A stretch of 64,000 bases of DNA. Origin: Candidatus Woykebacteria bacterium (GTDB lineage: Bacteria > Patescibacteriota > Microgenomatia > Woykebacterales > RBG-16-39-9b). The stretch is from the NCBI GenBank assembly GCA_040876265.1, contig JBBDPN010000002.1, positions 236,330-300,329 on the forward strand, given 5' to 3'. The position numbers were made by a program, and so were the translations under genes. Below, in pieces: positions 27,435 to 38,128 of the stretch. The notes below the pieces were generated by a model. The model ran no database searches. It was not told where the DNA came from and saw only the letters and a list, made by a program, of their open reading frames with translations. Each line of letters begins with the position of its first letter. Within the stretch, counting starts at the first letter, position 1.

Positions 27435-28238
27435 ATGGTAAAACAAGAAAAAAAGAGACACCTATTAAAGATGAGAAAACGGGCAAGATCAAAACCCGTC
27501 AAATTTTTAATGAAAATATTAACAAAAACCGGGGGCAGAAGTAGTAGCGGAAAAATATCAGTCCGACATATTGGCGGTAGGCACAAAAGATTTTACCGAA
27601 AAGTAGATTTTGCCCGAAATAAATTTGGTATTGAGGCTAAAATTGCCGCTATTGAATACGATCCAAACCGTAATGTGAACATCGCCCAGCTAAACTATGT
27701 AGACGGTGAAAAAAGATATATTTTGGCACCGCAAGGTTTAAACGTTGGCGATAGGGTGGTTTCAGGTGAGAAAGTAGAAATAAAACCAGGCAACGCGTTG
27801 CCATTAAAAAACATTCCCCTGGGGATTCAGGTCCACAACATAGAATTGGTACCTGGCAAGGGGGGTCAGATAGTTAGGAGCGCGGGGGTTGCGGCTACAA
27901 TTTCGGCTAAGGAAGGCAAATACGCTCACGTTAAACTCCCATCCGGGGAATTGAGGAAAATACGAATTGATTCTATGGCCACAATTGGCCAATTAGGAAA
28001 TTTGGACGTAAAGACTATTGAGAGAAAGAAAGCAGGTAAATCCAGACATCTGGGTATAAGACCAACGGTGAGAGGTGTGGCGATGAGTCCTCGTGATCAC
28101 CCTCATGGTGGAGGTGAAGGCCGAAGCGGTATTGGCATGAGCTCACCAAAAAGCCCGACCGGCAAAAAAACGCTTGGTAAAAAAACCAGAGGAGCAAGAC
28201 CTAGTGATAAGCTAATTATTGAGAGAAGAAAAAGATAA
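27435..28238 (+). CDS. rplB: 50S ribosomal protein L2
   Basis: [18 protein letters not shown] 27435; GTG 27423 is also possible. Confidence 0.93.
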   Translation: MVKQEKKRHLLKMRKRARSKPVKFLMKILTKTGGRSSSGKISVRHIGGRHKRFYRKVDFARNKFGIEAKIAAIEYDPNRNVNIAQLNYVDGEKRYILAPQGLNVGDRVVSGEKVEIKPGNALPLKNIPLGIQVHNIELVPGKGGQIVRSAGVAATISAKEGKYAHVKLPSGELRKIRIDSMATIGQLGNLDVKTIERKKAGKSRHLGIRPTVRGVAMSPRDHPHGGGEGRSGIGMSSPKSPTGKKTLGKKTRGARPSDKLIIERRKR

Positions 28239-28252
28239 GGATAATTAAAGCT

Positions 28253-28537
28253 ATGTCTAGAAGCATAAAAAAAGGACCTTACGTAGACAAGAAATTACTA
28301 AAAAAGATAGTATCGGCAAAAGAAGCCGGTGATAGAAACCCGATCAAAACCTGGGCAAGAAGTAGCCAGATATCGCCCGATATGGTTGGTGTTACTGTTG
28401 CAATTCATAATGGCAAAACGTTTGTGCCTGTATTTATTAGCGAAGCAATGGTCGGCCACCGTTTAGGTGAATTTGCACCGACACGAAAATTTTCTGGTCA
28501 CGGAACAATAAGTAAACGCACACTTACACCGACATAA
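28253..28537 (+). CDS. rpsS: 30S ribosomal protein S19
   Basis: [18 protein letters not shown]. Confidence 0.96.
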   Translation: MSRSIKKGPYVDKKLLKKIVSAKEAGDRNPIKTWARSSQISPDMVGVTVAIHNGKTFVPVFISEAMVGHRLGEFAPTRKFSGHGTISKRTLTPT

Positions 28538-28550
28538 AATTACGACAGCC

Positions 28551-28895
28551 ATGGTAGAAGTAATCGCTGAAGGAAAAAATTTAAGAATTTCGCCAAAAAA
28601 AGTGCGTCCAGTAGCCGAAAATTTACGTGGTAAGAAGGCCGAAGACGTACTCGAAACTCTTCGCTTTGTTCAGAAAAAAGCGGCCACCCCAATTTCTAAA
28701 GTGTTAAAATCAGCCTTGGCCAACGCTAAACAAAACAAAAACATGAGCACCAGTGGGTTGGTTATAAAAGAGGTGATCGTCAACGAGGGGCCGATGTATA
28801 AGAGATACAGACCGGTTTCTCGAGGCGCTGTCCACCACATATTAAAGAGAACGAGCCACATAAAGGTGGTTTTGGAGGAAAAAACTAAGGAGTAA
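28551..28895 (+). CDS. rplV: 50S ribosomal protein L22
   Basis: L22 core; RISPKKVRPVA. Confidence 0.95.
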   Translation: MVEVIAEGKNLRISPKKVRPVAENLRGKKAEDVLETLRFVQKKAATPISKVLKSALANAKQNKNMSTSGLVIKEVIVNEGPMYKRYRPVSRGAVHHILKRTSHIKVVLEEKTKE

Positions 28896-28899
28896 TAGT

Positions 28900-29556
28900 A
28901 TGGGACAAAAGGTAAATCCAAACGTTGCGAGATTATCGTTAAATAAAGACTGGTCTTCACGCTGGTATACCAGCGATGATAAAAAATATAAGGAGCTTCT
29001 GCTTGAAGATGTAAACCTTCGTAAATTGATCATGGCCAAACTTAAAGCCGCTGGTATAAGTAGAGTGATAATTGAGAGGCCAGCCGGCAAGATCAACGTT
29101 CATGTTCAAGTAGCCCGGCCTGGTATGGTAATTGGGAGAGGCGGTTCAGGAGTGGAGGAGCTACGAAAGATGATCGAGGAACAAGTCGGGAAAAAAGTTT
29201 CATTAAATGTAGAGGAAATAAAACGGCCAGATTTAAATGCGCATCTCGTAGCTAGAAGCGTTGCGGATCAAATCGAAAGACGTTACCCGGTGAAGCGAGC
29301 TATGATCCAAGCTGTTGAAAGAGTAATGAGATCAGGCGCCTCTGGGACGAAGATTATTTGTTCCGGCCGCCTTGGTGGAAGAGAAATAGCCAGAAGAGAA
29401 AAACAAACAAGAGGTAGTCTGCCCACGTCGACCCTAAGAGCAAATATTGATTTTGCCAAAGTTGACGCCAAGACGGCGACTGCTGGTGTGGTTGGTGTGA
29501 AGGTATGGATCCACAAGCAAAACGAAAAAACCGGAGAGAACTATGCTACAACCTAA
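28900..29556 (+). CDS. rpsC: 30S ribosomal protein S3
   Basis: MGQKVNP, KH domain. Confidence 0.96.
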   Translation: MGQKVNPNVARLSLNKDWSSRWYTSDDKKYKELLLEDVNLRKLIMAKLKAAGISRVIIERPAGKINVHVQVARPGMVIGRGGSGVEELRKMIEEQVGKKVSLNVEEIKRPDLNAHLVARSVADQIERRYPVKRAMIQAVERVMRSGASGTKIICSGRLGGREIARREKQTRGSLPTSTLRANIDFAKVDAKTATAGVVGVKVWIHKQNEKTGENYATT

Positions 29557-29953
29557 ACGCGTTAAATATAGAAGATTATTTCGTGGTCGAAGGACAGGAA
29601 TCGCGACAAGAGGCTCTGAAATTAAATTTGGTGACTTCGCCTTAAAAAGCCTGGAATCTGGTTGGGTAACTGCTCGACAGATAGAAAGTGCTCGTCGGAC
29701 AATGACTCACTATACAAAAAGAGGGGGCAGGTTATGGATAAGAGTGTTTCCTGATAAACCAATTACCAAAAAACCACCGGAAACAAGAATGGGATCCGGT
29801 AAGGGAAATGTAGATCACTATGTTGCAGTTGTAAAACCAGGCATGATCATTTTTGAACTGGGTGGGGTATCGCCAGAAATGGCAAAAGAAGCTATGAGAA
29901 GAGCTAGCCAAAAATTACCAATGGATGTAAAGTTTATCACCCAGGAAGAGTAA
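29543..29953 (+). CDS. rplP: 50S ribosomal protein L16
   Basis: [11 protein letters not shown]. Confidence 0.96.
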   Translation: MLQPKRVKYRRLFRGRRTGIATRGSEIKFGDFALKSLESGWVTARQIESARRTMTHYTKRGGRLWIRVFPDKPITKKPPETRMGSGKGNVDHYVAVVKPGMIIFELGGVSPEMAKEAMRRASQKLPMDVKFITQEE

Positions 29954-29956
29954 AAC

Positions 29957-30160
29957 ATGAAAAAGAGCGAAACAAATTTAAAGGAAAAGAGTACCGAAGA
30001 ACTAATAAAAACTCTGTCTGAAAAAGAAAAAGACCTCATAAACATGAAAATGGATCTTGCCAAAGGAAAGATCAAAAATGTACATGCAGCAAGGGAAATA
30101 CGAAAGGATATTGCAAGGCTAAAGACTTTTTTGAAAATGAAGGAACTTGAAGAGGTTTAA
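29957..30160 (+). CDS. rpmC: 50S ribosomal protein L29
   Basis: Short helical L29 in conserved position. Confidence 0.9.
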   Translation: MKKSETNLKEKSTEELIKTLSEKEKDLINMKMDLAKGKIKNVHAAREIRKDIARLKTFLKMKELEEV

Positions 30161-30163
30161 ATC

Positions 30164-30391
30164 ATGGAATTTATTGGTAGAGTAATCGGCAAAAAAATGG
30201 ATAAAACAGCTACCGTTGTGGTAGAAAGACTGGTAACGCATCCTTTGTACAAAAAACGCAGTCGGAAAATAAAAAAGTATAAGGTTCACGATGAAATTAA
30301 CTCAGAGGTTGGTGATAGGGTGATCTTTACCAGTAGTAAGCCAATTTCAAAAGAGAAACGGTTTGTAATTAAAGAGGTTTTGAAAAAATGA
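30164..30391 (+). CDS. rpsQ: 30S ribosomal protein S17
   Basis: S17 OB-fold; GKVVSDKMDKT-like N-terminus. Confidence 0.93.
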   Translation: MEFIGRVIGKKMDKTATVVVERLVTHPLYKKRSRKIKKYKVHDEINSEVGDRVIFTSSKPISKEKRFVIKEVLKK

Positions 30392-30756
30392 TCCAGACAA
30401 GAAGTATGGTCAACGTTGCTGATAACAGCGGTGCTAAGAAACTAATGCTGATTGGAATACCGGGGAGAAGTCGGCAAAGATTTGCGCATCTGGGCGATGT
30501 AATTACAGCTGTGGTAAAAAAAGCGGACCCACGAGGGAACGTTAAAAGTTCTGAGGTGGTAAGAAGCGTGTTAGTCAGAGCGAGGAAGGAGTACCGTAGA
30601 GCCGATGGTTCTTACGTTCGCTTTGATGAAAATGCAGCTGTAATTATCGATAAACAGGGTAATCCAAGAGGAAGCCGAATTTTTGGTCCGGTTGCTCGTG
30701 AAGTTCGAGAAAAGGGATTTATGAAAATAGCCTCATTGGCTCCGGAGGTGGTTTAG
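30388..30756 (+). CDS. rplN: 50S ribosomal protein L14
   Basis: [18 protein letters not shown]. Confidence 0.97.
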   Translation: MIQTRSMVNVADNSGAKKLMLIGIPGRSRQRFAHLGDVITAVVKKADPRGNVKSSEVVRSVLVRARKEYRRADGSYVRFDENAAVIIDKQGNPRGSRIFGPVAREVREKGFMKIASLAPEVV

Positions 30757-30758
30757 TT

Positions 30759-31061
30759 ATGAAAATAAAAAGTGGCGACCAAGTACTAGTTTTACAAGGG
30801 AAGGATAAAGGTAAAAAAGGCAATGTTGAAAAAATCTTCGGGAAAAAGAACCAAATTTTGGTTACTGGAGTTAATGTTTACAAAAAACACGCTAAGAAAA
30901 GCGGTAGTGTTGCCGGTGGGATAATTGAAATCACTAAACCTTTGCCTGTATCAAAGCTGACTTTGATCTGCCCAAAATGTAATCTTCCTACAAAAGCCGG
31001 CTTTGTCTTGCACGATGGTAAAAAAAGAAGGGTTTGTAAAAAATGCAAGAAGGAAATTTAA
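30759..31061 (+). CDS. rplX: 50S ribosomal protein L24 (KOW) with C-terminal CxxC...CxxC zinc ribbon
   Basis: KIKSGDQVLVLQGKDKGKKG KOW. Tail CPKCNLPTKAGF...[10 protein letters not shown]. Confidence 0.9.
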   Translation: MKIKSGDQVLVLQGKDKGKKGNVEKIFGKKNQILVTGVNVYKKHAKKSGSVAGGIIEITKPLPVSKLTLICPKCNLPTKAGFVLHDGKKRRVCKKCKKEI

Positions 31062-31627
31062 AAGAAAGATATTTTAAAACAATAAGAAATGGTCTGAAAA
31101 ACTCTTCTAGAGAGGGTAATATTTACGAGGTACCAAAATTAACCAAAATCGTGGTCAATACAAGTTTTGGAAGGCTCTCTCCTGATCAAAAAACAAAAGA
31201 GCAGATAGTAGATAACTTGGCAAAAATCACCGGCCAAAAGCCTGTTTTTACAATCGCAAGAGCGGCGATCGCTGGATTTAAGATAAGAAAGGGACAGGTA
31301 ATCGGGGCCAAAGTAACTTTGCGGGGAGAAAAGATGTATCATTTTTTTGAAAAACTTGTTTCGGTTGTAATACCAAGACTAAGAGATTTCAGAGGTATGA
31401 GCGATAAATCTTTTGACGGTAAAGGTAACTACACAGTTGGCTTTCAGGAAATGAATCTTTTTCCCGAGGTTGAATACAGCAGATCTGAAAAGGGAATTGG
31501 CCTTGAAATAACTATTTGCACAAGTGCCAAGGGACCAAAAGATACAAAGAAATTGCTTACTGAGTTTGGTATGGCTTTTGCCAACAGAGAAGAAAAGGAA
31601 ACTGTGTCTGCCCAGGAAACTAAATAA
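31043..31627 (+). CDS. rplE: 50S ribosomal protein L5
   Basis: L5 core; conserved position. Confidence 0.94.
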   Translation: MQEGNLKERYFKTIRNGLKNSSREGNIYEVPKLTKIVVNTSFGRLSPDQKTKEQIVDNLAKITGQKPVFTIARAAIAGFKIRKGQVIGAKVTLRGEKMYHFFEKLVSVVIPRLRDFRGMSDKSFDGKGNYTVGFQEMNLFPEVEYSRSEKGIGLEITICTSAKGPKDTKKLLTEFGMAFANREEKETVSAQETK

Positions 31628-31638
31628 AGAGGAATTTC

Positions 31639-31824
31639 ATGGCGAAAAAATCATTGATTGTAAAAGCAAAAAAAGAACCAAAATACAAGGTAAGATCCAA
31701 AAACCGTTGTCAAATTTGTGGCCGGTCCCGGGCGTATATGCGAAAATTTGGCGTTTGTAGAATCTGTTTTAGAGAGCTAGCCCATAAAGGAGAGATTCCG
31801 GGCGTGGTTAAAGCGAGCTGGTAA
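31639..31824 (+). CDS. rpsZ: 30S ribosomal protein S14 type Z (zinc-binding)
   Basis: 61 aa. [38 protein letters not shown]. Confidence 0.96.
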   Translation: MAKKSLIVKAKKEPKYKVRSKNRCQICGRSRAYMRKFGVCRICFRELAHKGEIPGVVKASW

Positions 31825-31839
31825 AAAGAAAGTTTAAAT

Positions 31840-32220
31840 ATGGATCCGATTTCAAACATGATCACAAGTATAAAAAATGGCTACATGGCCCGTAAAAGGC
31901 GGGTAGATGTTCCCTATTCAAAGATTAAGGAAAATATAGCCAAGAAATTAACCGATCTTGGTTTTTTGGAGTCGGCAAATCCAAGCACAGATAAAAAATA
32001 TTTACAAATACAGCTGCTTTATCGAGAAAATACTCCAGCGGTGACCGAAATCAAAAGAGTTTCAAAGCCTTCCCTGCGGATGTATTTCCCAAGCAAGAAC
32101 ATACCTTACGTACTCTCTGGTAGGGGCGAAGTAATACTTTCAACGCCCAAAGGTATTCTGGCGGGTAGAGAAGCAAGAAAATCTAAAGAGGGTGGCGAGC
32201 TAATTTTAAAGGTTTGGTAA
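31840..32220 (+). CDS. rpsH: 30S ribosomal protein S8
   Basis: MDPISNMITSIKNG. Confidence 0.95.
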   Translation: MDPISNMITSIKNGYMARKRRVDVPYSKIKENIAKKLTDLGFLESANPSTDKKYLQIQLLYRENTPAVTEIKRVSKPSLRMYFPSKNIPYVLSGRGEVILSTPKGILAGREARKSKEGGELILKVW

Positions 32221-32226
32221 AAATTT

Positions 32227-32778
32227 ATGAGTAAAATTGGAAAACAACCGATAAAAAAACCAGAGAATATCCAAATAGAACTTGGTCAAAGAGTTATGGT
32301 TAAAGGTCCACGTGGAGAGCTCTCCTTAAAATTACCGCATCTTATAGAGGTTGAGGAAAAAGATGGTACCTTGGTAGTGGTGAGAAAAAATGAAAGTAAG
32401 GAAGCAAAATCGCTCCACGGGTTAATTCGGACACTAATATTCAATTTAATAAAGGGCGTAACTGAAGGATTTCAAAAGTCGCTGGAACTTTCCGGAATAG
32501 GTTTCCGGGCAAATTTAGTTGGAGACAAATTAGTACTGAGCGTTGGATACTCCCATCAGGTAGAAATTGAGCCGCCAGCAGGTATTACATTTGCTGTAAC
32601 CGGAAACAAGATTACGGTTTCCGGTATCGACAAAGAATTGGTTGGTAGAATGGCAGCCGAGATACGTAACGTCCGACGACCAGATCCTTATAAAGGTAAG
32701 GGAATTAGATACGAAGGCGAAGTCATTCGTTTGAAGCCGGGGAAATCTGTAAAAGCAGGTGTAGGAACAGGGAGTTAA
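32227..32778 (+). CDS. rplF: 50S ribosomal protein L6
   Basis: SKIGKQPI; two L6 repeats. Confidence 0.95.
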   Translation: MSKIGKQPIKKPENIQIELGQRVMVKGPRGELSLKLPHLIEVEEKDGTLVVVRKNESKEAKSLHGLIRTLIFNLIKGVTEGFQKSLELSGIGFRANLVGDKLVLSVGYSHQVEIEPPAGITFAVTGNKITVSGIDKELVGRMAAEIRNVRRPDPYKGKGIRYEGEVIRLKPGKSVKAGVGTGS

Positions 32779-32779
32779 G

Positions 32780-33124
32780 ATGGATAGGCTCGCTAGAATA
32801 AAACGCAGAAAATCTATCAGAGCAAAAATTACTGGCACGAAAGAAAGACCGAGACTTAATGTTTTTAGGTCAAGCAGATATATTTACGCTGCTTTGGTAG
32901 ATGACACGGTCGGTAAAACTTTGATTTCAACTGGCGAAAAGGATATAAACAAAAGTGAGAAGAAAACCAAGAAGGAAAAGGCATTTTTGGTTGGCAAAAA
33001 AATCGCTGAAAAAGCAGCCAAAGAGGGTATTTCAAAGGTAGTTTTTGATCGGGCTGGCTACTTATTCCATGGCAGATTAAAAGAACTTGCTGCCGGAGCC
33101 AAAGAAGGTGGTTTAAAGTTTTAA
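32780..33124 (+). CDS. rplR: 50S ribosomal protein L18
   Basis: RPRLNVFRSSRYIYA. Confidence 0.94.
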   Translation: MDRLARIKRRKSIRAKITGTKERPRLNVFRSSRYIYAALVDDTVGKTLISTGEKDINKSEKKTKKEKAFLVGKKIAEKAAKEGISKVVFDRAGYLFHGRLKELAAGAKEGGLKF

Positions 33125-33136
33125 AAAAGGAAAAAT

Positions 33137-33733
33137 ATGTACGAATATTTTAACGAAGAAGAATTTGAGGAAAAGATTGTCCAGGTAAATAGAGTATCCA
33201 AAAAAACAGCTGGCGGCAACAAAATTGGTTTCTCGGTTCTTGTAGTAGTTGGTGATAGAAAAGGTCGTGTTGGTGTAGGATTGGGTAAAGCCCCTTCAGT
33301 GCAAGATTCCATTAGAAAAGGCTCACTTTACGCAAAAAAACATCTAATCTCAATCCCAATGGTTGGTACCACTATTCCCCACGAGGTTTTTATAAAGAGA
33401 GGGGCAGCAAAAGTTCTACTCAAACCAGCGTCAAAAGGTACCGGTGTTATTGCTGGAGGTGCTGTCCGCGCTGTTGTTGAGGCAGCTGGTATTCACGACA
33501 TCCTATCTAAGGTGCTCGGTACAAGTAATCAAGCGTCAAACGTCTACGCTACAATGGAAGCATTAAAAAAACTAGCTCCAGTCAGACAAAGGGAGCTAGC
33601 TGCCGTGCGGGGAGAAGAAAAACCAATCGAAAAAAGGCAGACAAGCACCAAAGCAAAGACGCCGCTTAAAAAACCTTTGGGAAAAAGAACAACAAGACTA
33701 AAGGCGAAAGCGGCTTCCAAAGGAAAGAATTAA
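33137..33733 (+). CDS. rpsE: 30S ribosomal protein S5 with C-terminal basic extension
   Basis: [24 protein letters not shown] and S5 C-domain. About 40 aa lysine-rich tail. Confidence 0.94.
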   Translation: MYEYFNEEEFEEKIVQVNRVSKKTAGGNKIGFSVLVVVGDRKGRVGVGLGKAPSVQDSIRKGSLYAKKHLISIPMVGTTIPHEVFIKRGAAKVLLKPASKGTGVIAGGAVRAVVEAAGIHDILSKVLGTSNQASNVYATMEALKKLAPVRQRELAAVRGEEKPIEKRQTSTKAKTPLKKPLGKRTTRLKAKAASKGKN

Positions 33734-33735
33734 TT

Positions 33736-34179
33736 ATGAATCTACACGAACTGACAAAAATAAAAACTAAGAAGAAGCTAAGAGTTGGTCGGGGCGAGTC
33801 CAGTGGCAAGGGTAAAACAGCTGGTCGTGGGATGAAAGGCCAGAAGAAAAGGGGAAAGGTAAAAATTGGATTTGAAGGAGGGCAACTACCAATTTATCAA
33901 AGATTGCCCCAAAAAAGAGGGCTGGGTAACATCAATAACAGCACAAAAATTACGCTGACAACTAAGCAGCTTAATCAACTGCCCGCAGGGTCCACGGTAA
34001 ACGAAAAAACACTAATAGAAACTGGTTTTCTACCAAAAAATAAAGCTAGAGCGAAAGTAAGAGTTGTTCTTAAGGGTAAGCTCGAGAAAAAGTTGATATT
34101 AGAAATACCAGTCAGTAAAAAAGCAAAAGCCATGATTGAAAAAGTAGGGGGCAAAATTATTTATGAAAACCCTGCTTAA
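33736..34179 (+). CDS. rplO: 50S ribosomal protein L15
   Basis: KKKLRVGRGESSGKGKTAGRGMKGQ. Directly follows rpsE, so there is no rpmD. Confidence 0.94.
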   Translation: MNLHELTKIKTKKKLRVGRGESSGKGKTAGRGMKGQKKRGKVKIGFEGGQLPIYQRLPQKRGLGNINNSTKITLTTKQLNQLPAGSTVNEKTLIETGFLPKNKARAKVRVVLKGKLEKKLILEIPVSKKAKAMIEKVGGKIIYENPA

Positions 34180-35440
34180 AATTTGGGGCTCTCCGGAACT
34201 GCGCCAAAAAATCTTATTTACCGTTTTTATTGTTGTAGTTTTTAGAATAATAGCTCATATCCCAATGCCTGGGGTAGATGTGGCGGCGCTGCGGGGAGTT
34301 TTTTCCAGCAGTCAAATTTTCCAGCTGTTAGATATTTTCTCTGGTGGCACCTTGTTTAACTTTTCAATAATGACCTTGGGGCTCAACCCTTACATTAACG
34401 CCTCAATTATAATGCAACTTCTTACTAATGTGGTTCCGAAACTTGAAGAACTCCAAAAGGAAGGTGAGTATGGTCGCGGTAAGATCAATCAGTACACCCG
34501 TTATCTAACGGTACCGCTTGCCTTTGTTCAGTCTTGGGGTGTTTTAATACTGTTGCAAAGATCTGGATCTGGTATTTTGTCTAGTCTCAGTCCGATTGAA
34601 TTAGTTTCTATTTTAGTTACTATGACTGCCGGGACCATACTATTGATGTGGATGGGAGAACTCATAACTGAAAACGGTATTGGCAATGGCATTTCCATAT
34701 TGATTTTTGCCGGTATTTTGGCGCGGCTTCCGGTAACATTTGGGCAGACGGCGACTATCTTTACGCCTGATAACGCGGCAAAAATTATCTTGGCGATTGT
34801 CTTAGCGGTTGCGATAATAGCCGCCGTTTCGGTAATAAACGCGGCGCACCGGCGGGTCACAGTGCAGTACGCGCGCAGAGTGAGAGGCGGTCGCGAGTAT
34901 GGCGGTAGTGCTTCACATTTACCAATTAGGATAAACCAGGCCGGGGTAATACCGATTATTTTTGCGATTTCAATCATCCTGTTACCTGGCATGTTATCGT
35001 CGTTTTTTGCTACCGCCGCGAACCCAGCAATTGCGGACACTGCCACCGCGATACGTGATTTTTTTAACAACACCGCTTATTATTCCGCGATTTATTTTGG
35101 TCTAGTAGTGGCGTTTACCTTCTTTTATACAGCAGTTACGTTTCAGCCAAGTAAAATCGCCGATGATTTACGTAAATACGGTGGGTTTGTACCAGGTATA
35201 CGGCCGGGTAGAGCTACCAGCGATTATCTCTCTTATATTATTAACAGGATTACGCTGGTTGGGGGGATATTTTTGGGGGCTATAGCTGTGTCGCCGTTCA
35301 TAACTCAGGGTGTCACCAATATCAGTACTTTGGCGATTGGCGGCACCGGATTACTCATAGTAGTTTCAGTAGTTTTGGAGACAGCGAAGCAGCTTGAGAG
35401 CCAACTGGTGATGAGAAGTTACGAAGGCTTTCTAAGATAA
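34163..35440 (+). CDS. secY: Preprotein translocase subunit SecY
   Basis: 10 TM. MTLGLNPYINASIIMQLL, GGTGLLIVV. Confidence 0.96.
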   Translation: MKTLLKIWGSPELRQKILFTVFIVVVFRIIAHIPMPGVDVAALRGVFSSSQIFQLLDIFSGGTLFNFSIMTLGLNPYINASIIMQLLTNVVPKLEELQKEGEYGRGKINQYTRYLTVPLAFVQSWGVLILLQRSGSGILSSLSPIELVSILVTMTAGTILLMWMGELITENGIGNGISILIFAGILARLPVTFGQTATIFTPDNAAKIILAIVLAVAIIAAVSVINAAHRRVTVQYARRVRGGREYGGSASHLPIRINQAGVIPIIFAISIILLPGMLSSFFATAANPAIADTATAIRDFFNNTAYYSAIYFGLVVAFTFFYTAVTFQPSKIADDLRKYGGFVPGIRPGRATSDYLSYIINRITLVGGIFLGAIAVSPFITQGVTNISTLAIGGTGLLIVVSVVLETAKQLESQLVMRSYEGFLR

Positions 35441-35447
35441 AAAACAG

Positions 35448-35987
35448 ATGAACATATTAGTTTTCGGAGCCCAAGGTTCGGGTAAAAGCACCCACGCGAA
35501 ATATATAGCTGACAAGCTTGAAGTACCTTATATATACACAGGTGACCTGTTTAGAGACCTGGAAAATGAAGATTCAGAAAGGGGAAGAAAAATTCGGGAT
35601 CTTATGTCTAAGGGTATCCTGATACCAAATGAGATCTCTATTCCGGCGTTCAATGAATATCTGCAGAAATTTGATGTTTCAAAAGGATTAGTCCTGGATG
35701 GGTATCCTCGGAATCTAGATCAAGCACAAGCTTTGCCTGTAGGGATTGATCTAGTTATTCACGTTGTTTTACCAGAAAAGACCGCGGTGGAAAGACTTAT
35801 GGAGCGGGGTCGCAATGATGATAACCCCTCTGCAATAAAAAAAAGATTGGAGTTATTTAAAAAAGACACAGAGCCAATTTACGATCACTACCGGGAAAAG
35901 AGAGTTAAAATAATCAAACTAAACAACTCAGCTTCTGTGGAAAAGGTCCAGGAGAGAATAGATGATTTACTTGAAAACAAAAGATGA
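35448..35987 (+). CDS. adk: Adenylate kinase (short form, no zinc LID insert)
   Basis: P-loop GAQGSGKST, LDGYPRN. Confidence 0.92.
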   Translation: MNILVFGAQGSGKSTHAKYIADKLEVPYIYTGDLFRDLENEDSERGRKIRDLMSKGILIPNEISIPAFNEYLQKFDVSKGLVLDGYPRNLDQAQALPVGIDLVIHVVLPEKTAVERLMERGRNDDNPSAIKKRLELFKKDTEPIYDHYREKRVKIIKLNNSASVEKVQERIDDLLENKR

Positions 35988-36720
35988 GATAAAAATTATG
36001 CAGAAGGCTGGCCATATTACTGCTGTTGCGATGAATAAAGTCAGGAAAAATATTCGACCAGGTGCCAGATTGATTGAATTAAACAAAATCGCAGAGGAAG
36101 AGATAAAAAGTTTAGGAGCAGAGAGCTCTTTTAAAAAAGTAAAAGGTTACAAATACAGTATATGTACAACCCCAAATGATTGGGTTGTACACGGTATACC
36201 TGGTACTTATTCTCTCACCGAAGGTGATATTGTAGGAGTAGATTTGGGCGCATATTATGGAGGTTTTCATTCGGATATGGCACACACGTTTCCAGTAGGA
36301 AAGGTAAGCTCAAGAGTAAAAAAATTTATAGAAACGGGTGAGAGAGCTCTTAACGAAGCAATAAAAAAGGTCAAAGTGGGTAATAGAATAGGTGACATAA
36401 GCAGCACAATTCAAAAAATTGTGGAAGGAGCTGGTTACTCAGTCGTAAGAGAATTGGTTGGCCATGGGGTAGGCAGGCAGCTTCATGAAGATCCTCTTGT
36501 GCCTGGCAGGGGTGCCAAAGGGACCGGAGCTTCGGTAAAGGAGGGAATGGTTTTAGCGATTGAGGTTATCTACAACCAAGGTTCACACGAAGTGGTGTTG
36601 CTTGATGATGACTGGTCGATTTCGACTAGAGATAGGTCACTCTCAGGACTTTTTGAAAGAACTGTCGCACCAACGAAAAAGGAGCCGTTGGTATTGACTC
36701 CACAGGCAGCCGGATGGTAA
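35962..36720 (+). CDS. map: Methionine aminopeptidase type I
   Basis: VVHGIPG, D..G..GGFHSD, HEDP. Pita-bread metal ligands. Confidence 0.93.
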   Translation: MIYLKTKDEIKIMQKAGHITAVAMNKVRKNIRPGARLIELNKIAEEEIKSLGAESSFKKVKGYKYSICTTPNDWVVHGIPGTYSLTEGDIVGVDLGAYYGGFHSDMAHTFPVGKVSSRVKKFIETGERALNEAIKKVKVGNRIGDISSTIQKIVEGAGYSVVRELVGHGVGRQLHEDPLVPGRGAKGTGASVKEGMVLAIEVIYNQGSHEVVLLDDDWSISTRDRSLSGLFERTVAPTKKEPLVLTPQAAGW

Positions 36721-36806
36721 AATCTGTGGGCGCAATTTTGCCTGCTTGATAGGCGGGTAGATTTGCTATTTTTGTATCCGAAGTGGTTGGGTTATAAATT
36801 AATCTT

Positions 36807-37046
36807 ATGGAAAAAGAAGTATTCGAGATACTAGGGAAAGTAACTGAGAACCTTCCAAATACGTTATTTAGGGTTGAGGTGGAGGAAACTCCGATTCCGG
36901 AGCTCAAAGGAGAAATAATCCTCTGCCATCTTTCCGGAAAAATGAGAATGCACTATATAAAGATTTTGCCGGGCGATAAAGTAAGAGCTCAAGTGACACC
37001 GTACGATTTAACCAAAGGACGAATCGTTTACAGAGAGAAGGGTTAG
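36807..37046 (+). CDS. infA: Translation initiation factor IF-1
   Basis: S1-like [26 protein letters not shown]. Confidence 0.93.
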   Translation: MEKEVFEILGKVTENLPNTLFRVEVEETPIPELKGEIILCHLSGKMRMHYIKILPGDKVRAQVTPYDLTKGRIVYREKG

Positions 37047-37168
37047 TTTATAGCACGCTCGTAGCTCATGCCTACGATGTAATATCGGAGCCAGCTACTG
37101 CGCATCCTGCCTGACCGTCCGGCAGGCGAGCGACCACTTAAGTGGACTAAGAGAAAAAGGATAATTAA

Positions 37169-37282
37169 GATGAAAGTTCAGGCTTCGATAAAAAAAAGAT
37201 GTGCAAAATGCCAAATTGTTAAGCGTCGGGGACGTCTATACGTGATATGTTCGAACCCTCGGCATAAACAGCGTCAGGGTTA
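37169..37282 (+). CDS. rpmJ: 50S ribosomal protein L36 (37 aa; below ORF-track size cutoff)
   Basis: [37 protein letters not shown], the C-x2-C-x12-C-x4-H zinc ribbon. Confidence 0.9.
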
Positions 37283-37340
37283 AAGCCTGACTACTGTTTG
37301 CGACCACTTCCGTGGGCTCAAAGCAACGTTAAGGTTAAGT

Positions 37341-37748
37341 ATGGCTAGAATTACAGGAGTAGATTTGCCACAAAATAGAAAAATTGAATTTGCACTTACC
37401 TCTATCTACGGGGTTGGTCCAATTTTGGCTAAGAAGATCGTGGCTGCTACCAAAATAACATCAGAAAAAAGAGTAAGTGATCTGACCGAGCCAGAAATAT
37501 CAAAACTACAAAAAGAAGTAGAAAATTACTCCGTTGAGGGAGACTTGAGGAGATTGATTACGCAAAATATTAAAAGAATAGAGGAAATTGGAGCGTATCG
37601 AGGTATACGACACAGAAGAGGTTTGCCAGTAAGAGGACAACGCACGAGAAGTAATGCCCGAACCAAAAGGGGTAAGAGACAAACAATAGGCGCGATGAAA
37701 AAGGAAACGAGGGTATCAACGGCTCAAAAGCCTACAACTAAAGAGTAA
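37341..37748 (+). CDS. rpsM: 30S ribosomal protein S13
   Basis: [26 protein letters not shown]. Confidence 0.96.
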   Translation: MARITGVDLPQNRKIEFALTSIYGVGPILAKKIVAATKITSEKRVSDLTEPEISKLQKEVENYSVEGDLRRLITQNIKRIEEIGAYRGIRHRRGLPVRGQRTRSNARTKRGKRQTIGAMKKETRVSTAQKPTTKE

Positions 37749-37750
37749 AA

Positions 37751-38128
37751 ATGGTTAAAGCTAAAAAAAAGACACAAAAAAATTTAACTACGGGAAAAAT
37801 TTTTATAAACGCCACGTTCAACAATACCCTAATTACAATTACGGACGCGGACGGAGCTACAATAGCTTGGTCCAGTAGCGGAGCGATGGGATTTAAAGGA
37901 GCCAGGAAGTCAACCCCCTACGCGGCTACGACTGCAGTTGAAGCGGCGGTTAAGAAAGCTTTAGTGTCTGGTCTAAAAGAGGTTGAAGTTTATATAAAAG
38001 GGCCAGGTAACGGTAGGGAAGCCGCTATCAGAGCCCTTCGAGGCAGTGGATTTAATATAAAAACTATCGCAGATATTACGCCAATACCTCATAATGGCCC
38101 AAGACCACGAAAGAGAAGGAGAGTGTAG
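37751..38128 (+). CDS. rpsK: 30S ribosomal protein S11
   Basis: [11 protein letters not shown]....[15 protein letters not shown]. Confidence 0.96.
   Translation: MVKAKKKTQKNLTTGKIFINATFNNTLITITDADGATIAWSSSGAMGFKGARKSTPYAATTAVEAAVKKALVSGLKEVEVYIKGPGNGREAAIRALRGSGFNIKTIADITPIPHNGPRPRKRRRV

Noticed and set aside
37047-37168. Hairpin CCTGCC-TGACCGTCC-GGCAGG between infA and rpmJ as a possible regulatory RNA
   Set aside because: Short and without a U-tract or a recognisable riboswitch/leader motif. Probably an incidental stem, though it could be a weak attenuator.
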